Virus record (IMG/VR): IMGVR_UViG_3300029702_000002
Source: a virus
Lineage: Duplodnaviria; Heunggongvirae; Uroviricota; Caudoviricetes
Length of the DNA stretch: 64,000 bases
Reading direction: 5' to 3' (one strand)
The translations under genes and the position numbers were made by a program. Below the pieces are notes generated by a model. That model did not search any database. It saw only the letters and a program-made list of their open reading frames with translations, and was not told where the DNA came from. Of the stretch, positions 1-9,653 are shown one piece after another. Every line of letters begins with the position of its first letter. The stretch's first letter is position 1.

Positions 1-488
1 ACTTCTCCGCTTTGGAGTTCGGAACCATAGACGCAAGAGAGTCAGCCACGATACAGATTGGTGCTGATTCGGGGATAAGCTCTTCATCACGAACCAATTT
101 AAGTATTGTGCCGATCAACTCTACAGAGTCTTCGAAGGTATCTGGCTGCTTGTATACCCACTGACCGTCATCCTCATCTGCGTTCAGGCCATTGGCGACA
201 GCCAGGCCAACGTCAAAACTGTTTTCATGATCGAGGAATACCGCCAGACCATCTTGTTTTTGAGCGGAGATCATCGCTGCTGTTGCAAGGAACGTTTTCC
301 CTGCACTTGGAGGACCGAATACTTCGACGATACGACCACATGGGAAGCCGCCATCGTAACGACCAGAAATAGCTTTGTTTAACGGTGGAAAGCCTGTATC
401 AATCCAATGAGTTACTTTCTGAATTTCGTCGTTGCTACCGATTTTCTTTTTCAGAGCAAGTGCCAGTGCGGATTTTCCTTTTGCCATG
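1..488 (-). CDS. RecA-family recombinase, N-terminal 162 codons; gene continues beyond the window start
   Basis: Manual translation from ATG at 488..486 (GGAG RBS upstream) gives MAKGKSALAL...GRIVEVFGPPSAGKTFLA...QPDTFEDSVELI...IVADSLASMVPNSKAEK; these align with the RecA Walker-A region (GRIVEIYGPESSGKTTL), QPDTGEQALEI and IVVDSVAAL. No stop before position 1. Not in the ORF track because it is truncated. Confidence 0.75.
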
Positions 489-489
489 A

Positions 490-762
490 TCAGGCTCCTT
501 TTGTTTCGTTGATTCGTTTTAAAGCGGCGGATTCATCGAATACAATCGCATCGTGGTTAAGGAGTCTGGATACACGAGCGAGGATTTTTACGACCTGCTC
601 GCTGACTAATCCAAACTCGCGATCTGTCGCTTTCATTCCGGCAGCGCCTAGAATTGACGGCAGTGCGATGACAGCGTACTCACCGTGATAAAAGACAATC
701 TCTTTTGCCAGTTGGGCAGGGGTGGTTGTAGCGCCATTGATAATCGATTTAAGCATTAGCAA
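490..762 (-). CDS. hypothetical protein (90 aa)
   Basis: ORF track; tightly packed between exonuclease and RecA-like genes on the same strand; no recognisable motif. Confidence 0.4.
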   Translation of the reverse strand: MLMLKSIINGATTTPAQLAKEIVFYHGEYAVIALPSILGAAGMKATDREFGLVSEQVVKILARVSRLLNHDAIVFDESAALKRINETKGA

Positions 763-1751
763 TACCTTTCGAATGGAAGAACAAACACTTCAAGGTCTTC
801 AAGGAACGAACGGAAATTCAGCTCGTAGCACAGTTGCTCGAATGCTTTCACGTCACGATTGCCTTTGATTGTTTCGATTTCGGTAGGCGGAAACTTCGTC
901 TCAATCAGGTTCATTAGCGTGATGTTTCTCTTGAACGCTTCGAGCATTCGACAGCCTGTTTTCTCGTTGAAGGCATTCTTCGCTAGTTTGTTGAAGGCGG
1001 TCTTATGACGCCCTTTATTAACCACGATTGAGCCGTCGTTGATGCCGCGTACCATCGTTGCGACACTTCCCCATTCATGCAGCAGCTCTTTCGCACCGCC
1101 AGCACCAATGCCACCAACACCGCTAATGTTGTCCGAGTTATCGCCTTGTAATGCTTTTGCTTCCAAAAATGCGCGAGGCGTGGCGAATCCTGTCAGCTCC
1201 GCAAATTGCTCAAAATTAACCTGCTTGTTTTTGGCGTCTTCACGCAGGCTTACCCAGCTTACGTTTTCACGAACTAACTGAAGCCAGTCGCTATCGCCTG
1301 TTAACAGATAGATGTGTTCAACGATTGGCTGCGGTGCAATGCTGGCTACCAGCAGCCCGGCCAGATCATCCGCTTCTGCATCTTTTGCAATGAGTTGGGT
1401 AACTCCAAGCGCGGTCATCATTTTGAGGATGTATGGCTTCTGGATAGCAAAGCCTTCCTTCATCTTTTTCATATCAGGATCGTCGTCGCGATTTGCTTTG
1501 TAGTCCGGGTAAAAGTCGCGACGCTTGTCACTAAATCCATCCCAAAGAATCATAGGTCGGGCATGGAGGATGGAGGCATAACGACGGACGTTCTTAACAA
1601 AGCCGAAAGCAGCCTGTACTTCCATTTCGCCGTTGTGCAATTTGTCAGATTGTTGGTGGTAATAACCCAGGCTATTGCCATCTACGAAGAGATAATTCAC
1701 CGGTACATTCCTTCCAAAAAGTAAGGCGTCCGTAGACGCCTTACTGGTCAC
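756..1751 (-). CDS. 5'-3' exonuclease / flap endonuclease (FEN, T4 RNase H / T5 D15-like)
   Basis: 331 aa; acidic metal-site motifs DGNSLGYY and LLTGDSDWLQLV; glycine-rich H3TH-like segment GVGGIGAGGAKELL. Confidence 0.75.
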   Translation of the reverse strand: MTSKASTDALLFGRNVPVNYLFVDGNSLGYYHQQSDKLHNGEMEVQAAFGFVKNVRRYASILHARPMILWDGFSDKRRDFYPDYKANRDDDPDMKKMKEGFAIQKPYILKMMTALGVTQLIAKDAEADDLAGLLVASIAPQPIVEHIYLLTGDSDWLQLVRENVSWVSLREDAKNKQVNFEQFAELTGFATPRAFLEAKALQGDNSDNISGVGGIGAGGAKELLHEWGSVATMVRGINDGSIVVNKGRHKTAFNKLAKNAFNEKTGCRMLEAFKRNITLMNLIETKFPPTEIETIKGNRDVKAFEQLCYELNFRSFLEDLEVFVLPFERYC

Positions 1752-1760
1752 GTAATGGGA

Positions 1761-2789
1761 TTACAGAGAGTCCAGCTCTCTCAGTAGGTCATCCAGACCT
1801 TCATCTTCCGTCGCAGATGCGGCTGCTACAGATGTCGCTGCGACTGCTTCAGACTCTTTGACTGATACTGCAACGGCAGCGGAACTTGCTTCTGGTTTAA
1901 ATTCAGTTTCAACGGCACGGAGGATTTCTTCATCAACCAGACTGGTTGGTTCAGAAGCTGGGGTATGAGCGGTAGCTACAGCCGTCGCTCCTTCTGTATG
2001 ACCAGTGACAGAGCCAAATCCAGGTAGTGCCGCAGCCGATGTTTTCGCGGTTGAGGAAATTGCTGGTGCAGATGCTGCGGCAGTTGGTGCAGCGATGCCA
2101 ATCAGACGACCCATAGTGCGAACTGTCGACAGAAGACGAGTTTCATCAGCCTGATTTGCGTATGCGATCAGATCATGCTGGGTATTCCAGAATTTATCTT
2201 CGATATCGCCTTTGTAGACTTTACGCTTAGGCGAGACGTCATATTTGGTATCGCGACCAGAGCCAGTACGTTTAATCAGGAATGCGTAGCCTTCCTCTTT
2301 GCTCAGTGGATTGCCGATATCATCAGCGATGTCTTCGGTGATTGCTTTGCAGATATCATCGAATACAGTAGACGGCAGCTCGATTAACTGGCATTTCTCA
2401 GCATCTGCGAAATCCTCACGAGCAGAAAGAATGCCGTTGACCAGGTAGCGAGGAGTGGCACGCATTTGACCGATGCGTTCTTCCATTGCTTTGTTACCCT
2501 TGTGACGAGCGCGACCTTCCATCACCATTTCGCATAGCTGACAAGCGCGACCGTGAGTATGTTGCTCACAAATATAAGCGTTGGTTGCTTCTTTACCTTC
2601 CTCGTTCTGATACTTAACGTAGTGCATACCGAAAGTCTGGAAGAACTTACCGTTTGGGTCGTCTTTATTCGGGAAGATGCGGATATAGTTGACGCCGTCT
2701 TTTAAGCGAGTCAGATCAACGTTGTTACCACGTTTGGCGGCAATGTCTTCACGAGTTTTGTTAAGCAAATCAAGTAATGTCTTAGACAT
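1761..2789 (-). CDS. probable single-stranded DNA-binding protein
   Basis: 342 aa; Cys/His cluster CEQHTHGRACQLCEM (zinc-site-like); Ala/Ser-rich linker; acidic C-terminal tail EDEGLDDLLRELDSL; sits between exonuclease and DNA-metabolism genes. Confidence 0.5.
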   Translation of the reverse strand: MSKTLLDLLNKTREDIAAKRGNNVDLTRLKDGVNYIRIFPNKDDPNGKFFQTFGMHYVKYQNEEGKEATNAYICEQHTHGRACQLCEMVMEGRARHKGNKAMEERIGQMRATPRYLVNGILSAREDFADAEKCQLIELPSTVFDDICKAITEDIADDIGNPLSKEEGYAFLIKRTGSGRDTKYDVSPKRKVYKGDIEDKFWNTQHDLIAYANQADETRLLSTVRTMGRLIGIAAPTAAASAPAISSTAKTSAAALPGFGSVTGHTEGATAVATAHTPASEPTSLVDEEILRAVETEFKPEASSAAVAVSVKESEAVAATSVAAASATEDEGLDDLLRELDSL

Positions 2790-2906
2790 GTGTTTCTCCT
2801 TGTTGTGATTTGGCCGATGGCGCTATGCGCGTTGGGCTTTCGTTCATTCGTGGCTCTTTCGAGCTGTTAAATGATAGATCAGCACTTACTTATTATCTAT
2901 CAAAAA

Positions 2907-3338
2907 TCAACGGGGAGTAATAAAGCGTTCAGAGCCTAATCGCTCTAATTCAACAATGGCCATCTTCGACGCCTGAACAATCATGTCTCGGCGATGCGAA
3001 AAGGCGGCAACAGCATGTTTGTATATGTCTGCGATGTGCCGTGCTTCATCCAACTTCTGCCGTTTAGATAGATACTGTGGGTTTGTTTTAACCTTAGCGT
3101 CTAGTACAGATTCGTTGAACTTAATGCCGTTCATACTCAAGTTTTTACGCTCTGTGTCGTATAGCTTTGCTTCAACAGCTTCAAGGTTAAGTTTTGCCTC
3201 TGCGACACTTCTTTCTGCATGGGCGAGCTTTGAACCATACTCCATCAACAGGCGAGGTTGCTGACGCCAGACTTCCTCCAGATTGTCGCGGTCGAATTCA
3301 AGATCGGACATGATTTTTTCGTAGATATCTGCACTCAT
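2907..3338 (-). CDS. hypothetical protein, possibly a recombination mediator (UvsY-like size and position)
   Basis: 143 aa, helical/charged; adjacent to SSB and recombinase module; assignment by size and context only. Confidence 0.3.
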   Translation of the reverse strand: MSADIYEKIMSDLEFDRDNLEEVWRQQPRLLMEYGSKLAHAERSVAEAKLNLEAVEAKLYDTERKNLSMNGIKFNESVLDAKVKTNPQYLSKRQKLDEARHIADIYKHAVAAFSHRRDMIVQASKMAIVELERLGSERFITPR

Positions 3339-3467
3339 TTTTGATAGGTTCCAACTTACTTTAGTGTATTTGATTGTATCAAATAAAAAGAGCTTTACTG
3401 CTATGATTAGCGGTAGACAGTATGGGAGCTAAAGGGCAGAATCAGGGCATAAAGCGAACAGAACAAA

Positions 3468-4448
3468 GTGAGAATAAAATCAATGAATAAAGCTAACAAT
3501 CAAGCAAAAGCAGAAAAGCCTGTGCCGACTAAAGAACTGTCCCCACCCCCAAAAGTTAAGACTGCGAGGTCAGCAGCAGAAAAAAATAAAACTGAAGGCA
3601 TGACATATCCGAAGACCAGCGCAGAAGGACACGCTGGTGAGTACTTATTTGCTTATTGGATTTCTCGTTATTTCAAATGGCCTTGTCGACTGCTGGATAT
3701 TGATATGGGGTTGGATGCACAGGTTGAAATCTATGAAAATGAACTTTCTACCGGTATGTTTATTGGCGTTCAGGTAAAAACCACCTCACGCACAATGAGT
3801 AGTAGTCTAGGAGTACAGATCCCCTATAAAAATTTAAAGTATTGGGGGGAATGCGATTTCCCTATAGTGATCGTTTTAATTTGTCTAAACGAAGATAATA
3901 AGCATGAAGAGCCAGATATTTACTGGCGGCATTTAGACAAACAAACCATCGCATCGTTATCAAGTACAGCGGATTACAATAACTCAGGAAGTACATCAGT
4001 AACATTTAACGAAGACCAATATCTGAAATCTCCAAGGGATAGAGAGAAATGGCTTAGATTATGGCTATCTAGTGAAGATCTGAAGATCATTGAACGATGC
4101 GAAGGTATTGAGAGAAACATTACTGCATTAGGGAAATTCTTTGAAGAAACAATTGTGGACGGGGATTTAAAACAGGGACTACCAACTCTTGATTTTTTTC
4201 GTAATTTAAACGATTTGTTGGACTCATATGATGAGGTGGAATTGGCTATTAGAGGTAACAATCGACTAGAGTATCTATCAGAGGAAGTTAAATCACTTAA
4301 AAAATGTCATGAGCGCTATATGCCTAAAATTATGTATGCCTTTGAACAGGCGTGCGAATCAAATAGTGTCATGATGAGTGATTTCGATCCGTATTCCCCT
4401 ATAAATAATAAACTCCATACTATACTAGTTAATAATAGAATTTATTAA
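3468..4448 (+). CDS. PD-(D/E)xK-like putative nuclease (DUF4365-like), accessory gene
   Basis: 326 aa on the opposite strand to its neighbours; visibly AT-rich; candidate catalytic triad in DIDMGLDAQVEIY...GVQVK (D, E, K spacing typical of PD-(D/E)xK); own terminator directly downstream. Confidence 0.55.
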   Translation: MRIKSMNKANNQAKAEKPVPTKELSPPPKVKTARSAAEKNKTEGMTYPKTSAEGHAGEYLFAYWISRYFKWPCRLLDIDMGLDAQVEIYENELSTGMFIGVQVKTTSRTMSSSLGVQIPYKNLKYWGECDFPIVIVLICLNEDNKHEEPDIYWRHLDKQTIASLSSTADYNNSGSTSVTFNEDQYLKSPRDREKWLRLWLSSEDLKIIERCEGIERNITALGKFFEETIVDGDLKQGLPTLDFFRNLNDLLDSYDEVELAIRGNNRLEYLSEEVKSLKKCHERYMPKIMYAFEQACESNSVMMSDFDPYSPINNKLHTILVNNRIY

Positions 4449-4453
4449 CTAAA

Positions 4454-4484
4454 AGGCCCGTTATATAACGGGCCTGTTTATTAT
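4454..4484. terminator. rho-independent terminator hairpin (bidirectional candidate)
   Basis: aggcccg-ttatataa-cgggcct stem-loop followed by gtttattat on the plus strand; reverse complement is followed by TTTT. Lies between the plus-strand island gene and the DnaE 3' end. Confidence 0.6.
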
Positions 4485-4623
4485 ATTAAGCGACCTTCTT
4501 ACCAAAAATGTTGGATAGCGAGACTCTGGTTTGGCACTTCAGCCTGTACTGTCTTACATCGCCAATCTTGTTTACTTCCATAAACTCTTTTCTCTCTGGC
4601 CACCTTCATGGTGTTCTCTTTGT

Positions 4624-7600
4624 TCATTTGCTAATAGTCTCCGCTACCTCTGCAAGAATTGCTTCCAGCTTTTCGCCTTCCTCTGGGCGAAAGTACAAAA
4701 TATTCGGGTTAAATCCGTAGAAAACGGTCACATCCAGCTCCGGCAGATACTCTTTGCGTCCAACCAGGTCGGATGGTTTGCTCTTGTTGTTGAAGAGCGA
4801 CGTCGCCCGGCTGCCACACGTCAGCACATAGGTCGGATGCACCAGATTGATCTCTTCACGTATAAAGTCGGTGAACTGGCCGATCTCGTCTTTGGTGTAG
4901 TCTTTTTCTTTGTCTTTAACCTTCTTGCAAACGCCTGTGACATAGAGATCGCCCATGCGTAAATCTCCAGCCGTCAATAGCTTGGCCTTAAAATCGTCGT
5001 ATCCGTTCTCCATGAAGTAACCGGTTCGAGCATCATTGCCGTTCGCATTGTCCAGAATGATCATGATTTTCGGCTTAATGCCAATGCTGGGGCGGATTAG
5101 TTCATCACCTAAGCCCATTTCAGCCGCCATCCGTGTCATGAGTGCGTTAATTTCAGCCGATCGTTTGGGGTTCATCTCAAACGGACGTGAGGCTTTAACT
5201 GCGTCTATGACAAGGTTTCCCATCAATTCTGCCTGGTCGCGGAGACGCTCTGGATCAGTTGCTGGCAGACTACCTGGCTCGATGGATGCAAACGCACCTA
5301 CTTTTTGCAGTGATTCGCGCACTCGACTATTACAGGCACGTTTCTCGACAGCTTCTTCGAATTGCGCCAGTGACTCGAATTTGCCGCCAACTTTTTCTCG
5401 CGCTCTCATGATGGCTTGGCAGCCATTCTCAGAACACCCCTTCACAGCAGAGAAGGGCGCATACAGAACCTGGCTGCCATCTTCAAGCGTGCGGATCTCG
5501 ATTCGGTTAGATGACACGTTAACGTCTGGTGGCAATACGCGAATACCATAGGTCAGCGCATCTTTAACCAGCCCTTGGTGTTTATCTTCGCCAAGAATAG
5601 TGAGAGCAGCAGCGAAAAACTCTGCGGGATAATGAGTTTTCAACCACATAGATTGATAACTGATTAAAGAATAAGCAACGGAGTGTGATTTATTGAACTG
5701 ATAGGCTCCGTTTTTCTCAAATGCGGTCCAGATCTCCTTCGCTTTCATCTCTGATAGCCCTGGATGTGACGCTGTAACGCGTACTGCGTTTATAGGTAGT
5801 TTTGCGCCGTGCTCAAGTGCCTCTTCGACAGTTTTCAGAGTTCCGTCTTCGCATTTAAAATGTTCCGCACGGTGAATGCGCTGTGTAGTGCCATCTTCCA
5901 GCTCAACGTCTATCCAGCCAGCTTGAGCCTGAACGATGAACTTCTCGCCCATGCTCTTCATTTTTTCCATGTTCTTCTTACCGATTGCGGAACGCACAGC
6001 GTCAGCTTCAGCCATTGTGAAGCCGGCAAGCAATCGAGTCGCGTTCATCGTCTGTTCCTGATAGAGAATCACGCCATTTGTTTCCGCGGTAAGTTCATCA
6101 AGAACGGGGTGTAATGATTCCGGCGTCATAAAGCCTTTGGCGACAGAAACATAGTCATCCAACATGCCTGATTGAATTGGCCCCGGCCGGAAGAGCGCAG
6201 TTGTAGCGACGACCGTTTTAAAGCTCATTGGCTCAATTCCACCACCTAAATCTTTAAGCAGCTTGCGCATTGGGCCTGATTCAAGCTGGAAAACACCTTG
6301 AGTGTACCCAGCAGCAAAACCATCCAGCACCTTGCGATCTTCAAGAGAAATGGCATCAAGATTGATATCTTCACCTGTGTTCTCTTTTATGTAGCGTTTT
6401 GCACTATCGAGCAAATCGAGAGTTGCCAGGCCAAGCACGTCCAGCTTAATTAGGCCCATAGCCTCGCAGTAACGCTTGTCAAATGCGATACAACGCGCGT
6501 CACCACGGCGCTCAACCGGTGTACGTTCTGTCAGAGGAACACCTGCTACGATCATCCCTGCCGCATGTCTACCAAAGCCACGCATAAGGCTTTGTAACTT
6601 GCAGGCTGCATTGAATGCATCAGGATATTTTGTTGCGTATTTGTCGAGACTTGCCAGTTGTTCGCGCAGCTCTTCCAATGGAAGGCTATCATCCTCGACG
6701 TTCTTCAGTTCTTTTGATACCGCCATATCTGCGGACTCCACACCATAAATACGAGCGGTATCACGTAGTGCAGAGGCTGCGCCCAGGTAGGTGAAGTTCG
6801 GAATACCCGCAACGTAATCTTCGCCGTAGCGTTCATTCAGATACTCGATCACCTCATGGCGACGTGCCTGGCTGAAGTCCAAGTCCGCATCCGGCAAGTC
6901 GAGACGCTCAGGGTTGATGAAACGCTCAAACAGAAGACCGTGACGGATTGGGTCGACGTTGGTTATGCCTATGCACCACGCCACCAGAGAACCGGCAGAG
7001 GAACCACGACCAGGCCCAACGGGAATGCCAGTTTCACGACTATGATTCATCAGATCGCGTACCATCAGGAAGTAACCACAAAATCCCAGGCGAGTCAGCG
7101 TGTCCATTTCGTACTTTAGCCGCTCAACATAAACCCTGTTCTCAGAAGCAGGTGGTGTGTAGCCAAACTCTTTTGTGGTAAGACGTTTACGCAGCCCTGC
7201 AACAGCCAGTTTCATAAGCGTTGCAGGCTCGTCGTCTGCCATCTTTGGCAGTGCTGGCGGCAATTCATGCCAGCGCCATGTGCAGGCATCGATAATGGTA
7301 TCCTGCGTTGTTGAGGCCATTGCAGCTGTTACCGGCACATCCATGCGAACGGAGAAGGCTTTAAGCGCCTCAAGGAGATGGCGGCGACCATTGACGGCGT
7401 TATCTCGCTGGTGGGGGATACGCAGACGATGCGGCTGGTCGATTTTGATGTTGTTCGTAACCATGTGCGCAATGTCTTTAATGTCTGCATCGTCGATCGA
7501 TTCGTAATAAGCGGGATAGAACGCCACTGGCTCTATTTTCAATGCGCTGGCGACTTTCATCGCCCGGACGTTAATCTGGTCGTAGAATGGGGTAGGGTGC

Positions 7601-8142
7601 GGATAAACCACACTATAGAAGTTGTCTTTTCCACCCGCTGTAATCAGTGTGCTTATGATTTTTGCAAAATCGTTGCGTTGGAACACGCTACCGATGTCGG
7701 AAGTAAGCAGGATGATGTTGCCTTTGGCATATGTAGAAACCAACTGTTCGAGCGAGAGACGCGGTACAAAGTAGAACTGTTCTCGTGTGTTGGCCGCCGT
7801 CATTAGTTCGCAGATGTCGCGATATCCTTGCTCATTTTTAATTAGAGCGGTAAACGAGTAGTTACGTCCCCGCTCTAATGATTCCATACATCTCATAGAT
7901 TCTTTAGCAAGTTTAGCCCGGTGCTCGTATGTGGGATCATCAACAATGTTTAGTTTCACACCACAAATAACCGCCATGTCGTCACCAGCGGCACGTTGTA
8001 GTGGAATAACGCTCGCAATATTCATGCTATCTGCTGAAATTACAGCGGTGTAGCCAGCTTCTCTGGCAATCTTCACCGCGTTTTCTGCTTTTAGAGCCGA
8101 CTCCCCAAGTGAGAAGTCAGTTCGAACCATCAGTGCCTTCAT
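4624..8142 (-). CDS. dnaE: DNA polymerase III alpha subunit (DnaE family)
   Basis: 1172 aa; GPGRGSSAGSLVAWCIGITNVDPI, FNKSHSVAYSLISYQSMWLKTHYPAEFFAAALT and FRPGPIQSGMLDDYV match conserved DnaE blocks; N-terminal PHP region lacks the usual His pair (MVRTDFSLGES where E. coli has HLRVHSDYS). Confidence 0.85.
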   Translation of the reverse strand: MKALMVRTDFSLGESALKAENAVKIAREAGYTAVISADSMNIASVIPLQRAAGDDMAVICGVKLNIVDDPTYEHRAKLAKESMRCMESLERGRNYSFTALIKNEQGYRDICELMTAANTREQFYFVPRLSLEQLVSTYAKGNIILLTSDIGSVFQRNDFAKIISTLITAGGKDNFYSVVYPHPTPFYDQINVRAMKVASALKIEPVAFYPAYYESIDDADIKDIAHMVTNNIKIDQPHRLRIPHQRDNAVNGRRHLLEALKAFSVRMDVPVTAAMASTTQDTIIDACTWRWHELPPALPKMADDEPATLMKLAVAGLRKRLTTKEFGYTPPASENRVYVERLKYEMDTLTRLGFCGYFLMVRDLMNHSRETGIPVGPGRGSSAGSLVAWCIGITNVDPIRHGLLFERFINPERLDLPDADLDFSQARRHEVIEYLNERYGEDYVAGIPNFTYLGAASALRDTARIYGVESADMAVSKELKNVEDDSLPLEELREQLASLDKYATKYPDAFNAACKLQSLMRGFGRHAAGMIVAGVPLTERTPVERRGDARCIAFDKRYCEAMGLIKLDVLGLATLDLLDSAKRYIKENTGEDINLDAISLEDRKVLDGFAAGYTQGVFQLESGPMRKLLKDLGGGIEPMSFKTVVATTALFRPGPIQSGMLDDYVSVAKGFMTPESLHPVLDELTAETNGVILYQEQTMNATRLLAGFTMAEADAVRSAIGKKNMEKMKSMGEKFIVQAQAGWIDVELEDGTTQRIHRAEHFKCEDGTLKTVEEALEHGAKLPINAVRVTASHPGLSEMKAKEIWTAFEKNGAYQFNKSHSVAYSLISYQSMWLKTHYPAEFFAAALTILGEDKHQGLVKDALTYGIRVLPPDVNVSSNRIEIRTLEDGSQVLYAPFSAVKGCSENGCQAIMRAREKVGGKFESLAQFEEAVEKRACNSRVRESLQKVGAFASIEPGSLPATDPERLRDQAELMGNLVIDAVKASRPFEMNPKRSAEINALMTRMAAEMGLGDELIRPSIGIKPKIMIILDNANGNDARTGYFMENGYDDFKAKLLTAGDLRMGDLYVTGVCKKVKDKEKDYTKDEIGQFTDFIREEINLVHPTYVLTCGSRATSLFNNKSKPSDLVGRKEYLPELDVTVFYGFNPNILYFRPEEGEKLEAILAEVAETISK

Positions 8143-8320
8143 GTGTTTTTACCTTTCTGGTTTTTTTGATTTTGTCATTGGGGAAGCCTACGAACTTCCC
8201 ATGCATCGAAATCGCAACTTCTTTTGCTGATTGGTGACAATCGGGCTTGTCTGGACACACCAGACAAGCCTTACCAGTTTCAGAAGCAGCGATAAGAGAG
8301 CCGAAACATCCTTTACGCAC
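8117..8320 (-). CDS. small Cys-rich hypothetical protein (67 aa)
   Basis: ORF track; CLVCPDKPDCH cluster; overlaps the DnaE start by 26 nt. Confidence 0.35.
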   Translation of the reverse strand: MRKGCFGSLIAASETGKACLVCPDKPDCHQSAKEVAISMHGKFVGFPNDKIKKTRKVKTHEGTDGSN

Positions 8321-8322
8321 GA

Positions 8323-9558
8323 TTAACCAAATATTTTTTGAACAACTTCACGAGCCGCTTGTGCAGAAGCTGAAGGGAGTTTGTTAATGAAAGAACGCTC
8401 AATACCTGTCACAAAGTCGCCTCGCATCATTCCAATCTTGGCCGACAACAAAAGTTCACGAGGGCCAATTGGCTGACTGATAAGGTGTTCTTCGTATCCA
8501 TCGCGAACGATACCGGCAAACTTAACCATCTTTTCTGCGTATTCATCCACGATACCGGCATTTATCAACATGTTGATCTCTGCCTCTTTGCTCATGTATT
8601 TCACATTCGAAACGATGCCAAAACGCGAAAAGTTCGCGGCGTTCTGGATGTTTGTACCCTGGTACAAGCCGGTTTCATCACCAGATCCGTTCGTGTTGCC
8701 AGTGCCAATGAAAGCAAACCGTTCATGCGGAGTAATGCGACGCCATTCTGGAGTCGCCTCTTTGATGACCAACGCTTCACCTTCCAGCACTGGCTGATAC
8801 ACGCCAAGAATCTGTGGAAACGCAAAGTCGTATTCATCCGCGAGGTAAACCCAGCCATGCTTCATTGCGAGCGCAAGCAAGCCAGGCTCGAAATACGTAG
8901 AGCCATCACGCGCCAGAATTTGTCCCGTAACATGAGCCTCTTCCATTGATGCTGTATGTTGGGCACGGATTAACGGACGATTGAGCAAAGCACATAGTTG
9001 TGTAGGCAATGAAGATTTGCCTGTTCCTGCATGACCCCACAAATAGCCAGGTATGCCAAGTTCAAGCATCATGAAAATGTCTTTGATCAGTTCGAAGTCG
9101 CCATATACGTATCCCTTCTTCACTTCTGGAACGAACTCTGGAAACGGCGTATTGACGTTGACGCTAACCATGAGCGGCGTCCCACGTTTTGTTCCGAGTT
9201 CTTTCACCGTTACATTTAGCAGTTCGTGAGCTGCGACCAGATCTGTCTTGTACTCAACTGTGCCTGTGTAGCCTGGGCTACTGGTCACGCCAGATGATTT
9301 GGCCATTTCGCTTTTTTGCTCGGCACGTTTAGCTTGAATTGCATCAAGTGCCTTTTTCGATAGCGTTGGCTCATCTGGAAACTGTGTTGTGTACATTTTC
9401 AGTACGGTGTCAGGATCGGCATCTTTTACTGACTCAGGAATGCCCTCGCAATTACCATTGGCTACATGGGACTTAAAATAGTGAAATGATTTTCCGCACC
9501 ACTTGCAAACAAGGTAATCAGAAGGATTTTTTTCATTTTGCAGTGCAGTAGTAGTCAT
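8323..9558 (-). CDS. AAA+ ATPase, MoxR/CobS-like, with N-terminal zinc-finger-like motif
   Basis: 411 aa; Walker A GHAGTGKSS; Walker B-like VYLADEYD; N-terminal CKWCGKSFHYFKSHVANGNCEG. Confidence 0.7.
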   Translation of the reverse strand: MTTTALQNEKNPSDYLVCKWCGKSFHYFKSHVANGNCEGIPESVKDADPDTVLKMYTTQFPDEPTLSKKALDAIQAKRAEQKSEMAKSSGVTSSPGYTGTVEYKTDLVAAHELLNVTVKELGTKRGTPLMVSVNVNTPFPEFVPEVKKGYVYGDFELIKDIFMMLELGIPGYLWGHAGTGKSSLPTQLCALLNRPLIRAQHTASMEEAHVTGQILARDGSTYFEPGLLALAMKHGWVYLADEYDFAFPQILGVYQPVLEGEALVIKEATPEWRRITPHERFAFIGTGNTNGSGDETGLYQGTNIQNAANFSRFGIVSNVKYMSKEAEINMLINAGIVDEYAEKMVKFAGIVRDGYEEHLISQPIGPRELLLSAKIGMMRGDFVTGIERSFINKLPSASAQAAREVVQKIFG

Positions 9559-9653
9559 GCGTTTTTCCTTTGTTTTCTAATGAGCGTTCAACTTCTTATA
9601 TAAATATATCATTATCTATCGTAAGTGGTTACTTATCGTTAAGGCTGTTTTGT

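Noticed and set aside
4508-8142. Numerous plus-strand ORFs of 60-180 aa inside the DnaE gene (for example 4531..4962, 5036..5551, 7378..7806)
   Set aside because: Antisense shadow ORFs within a well-supported 1172-aa DnaE coding sequence; no RBS or motif support.
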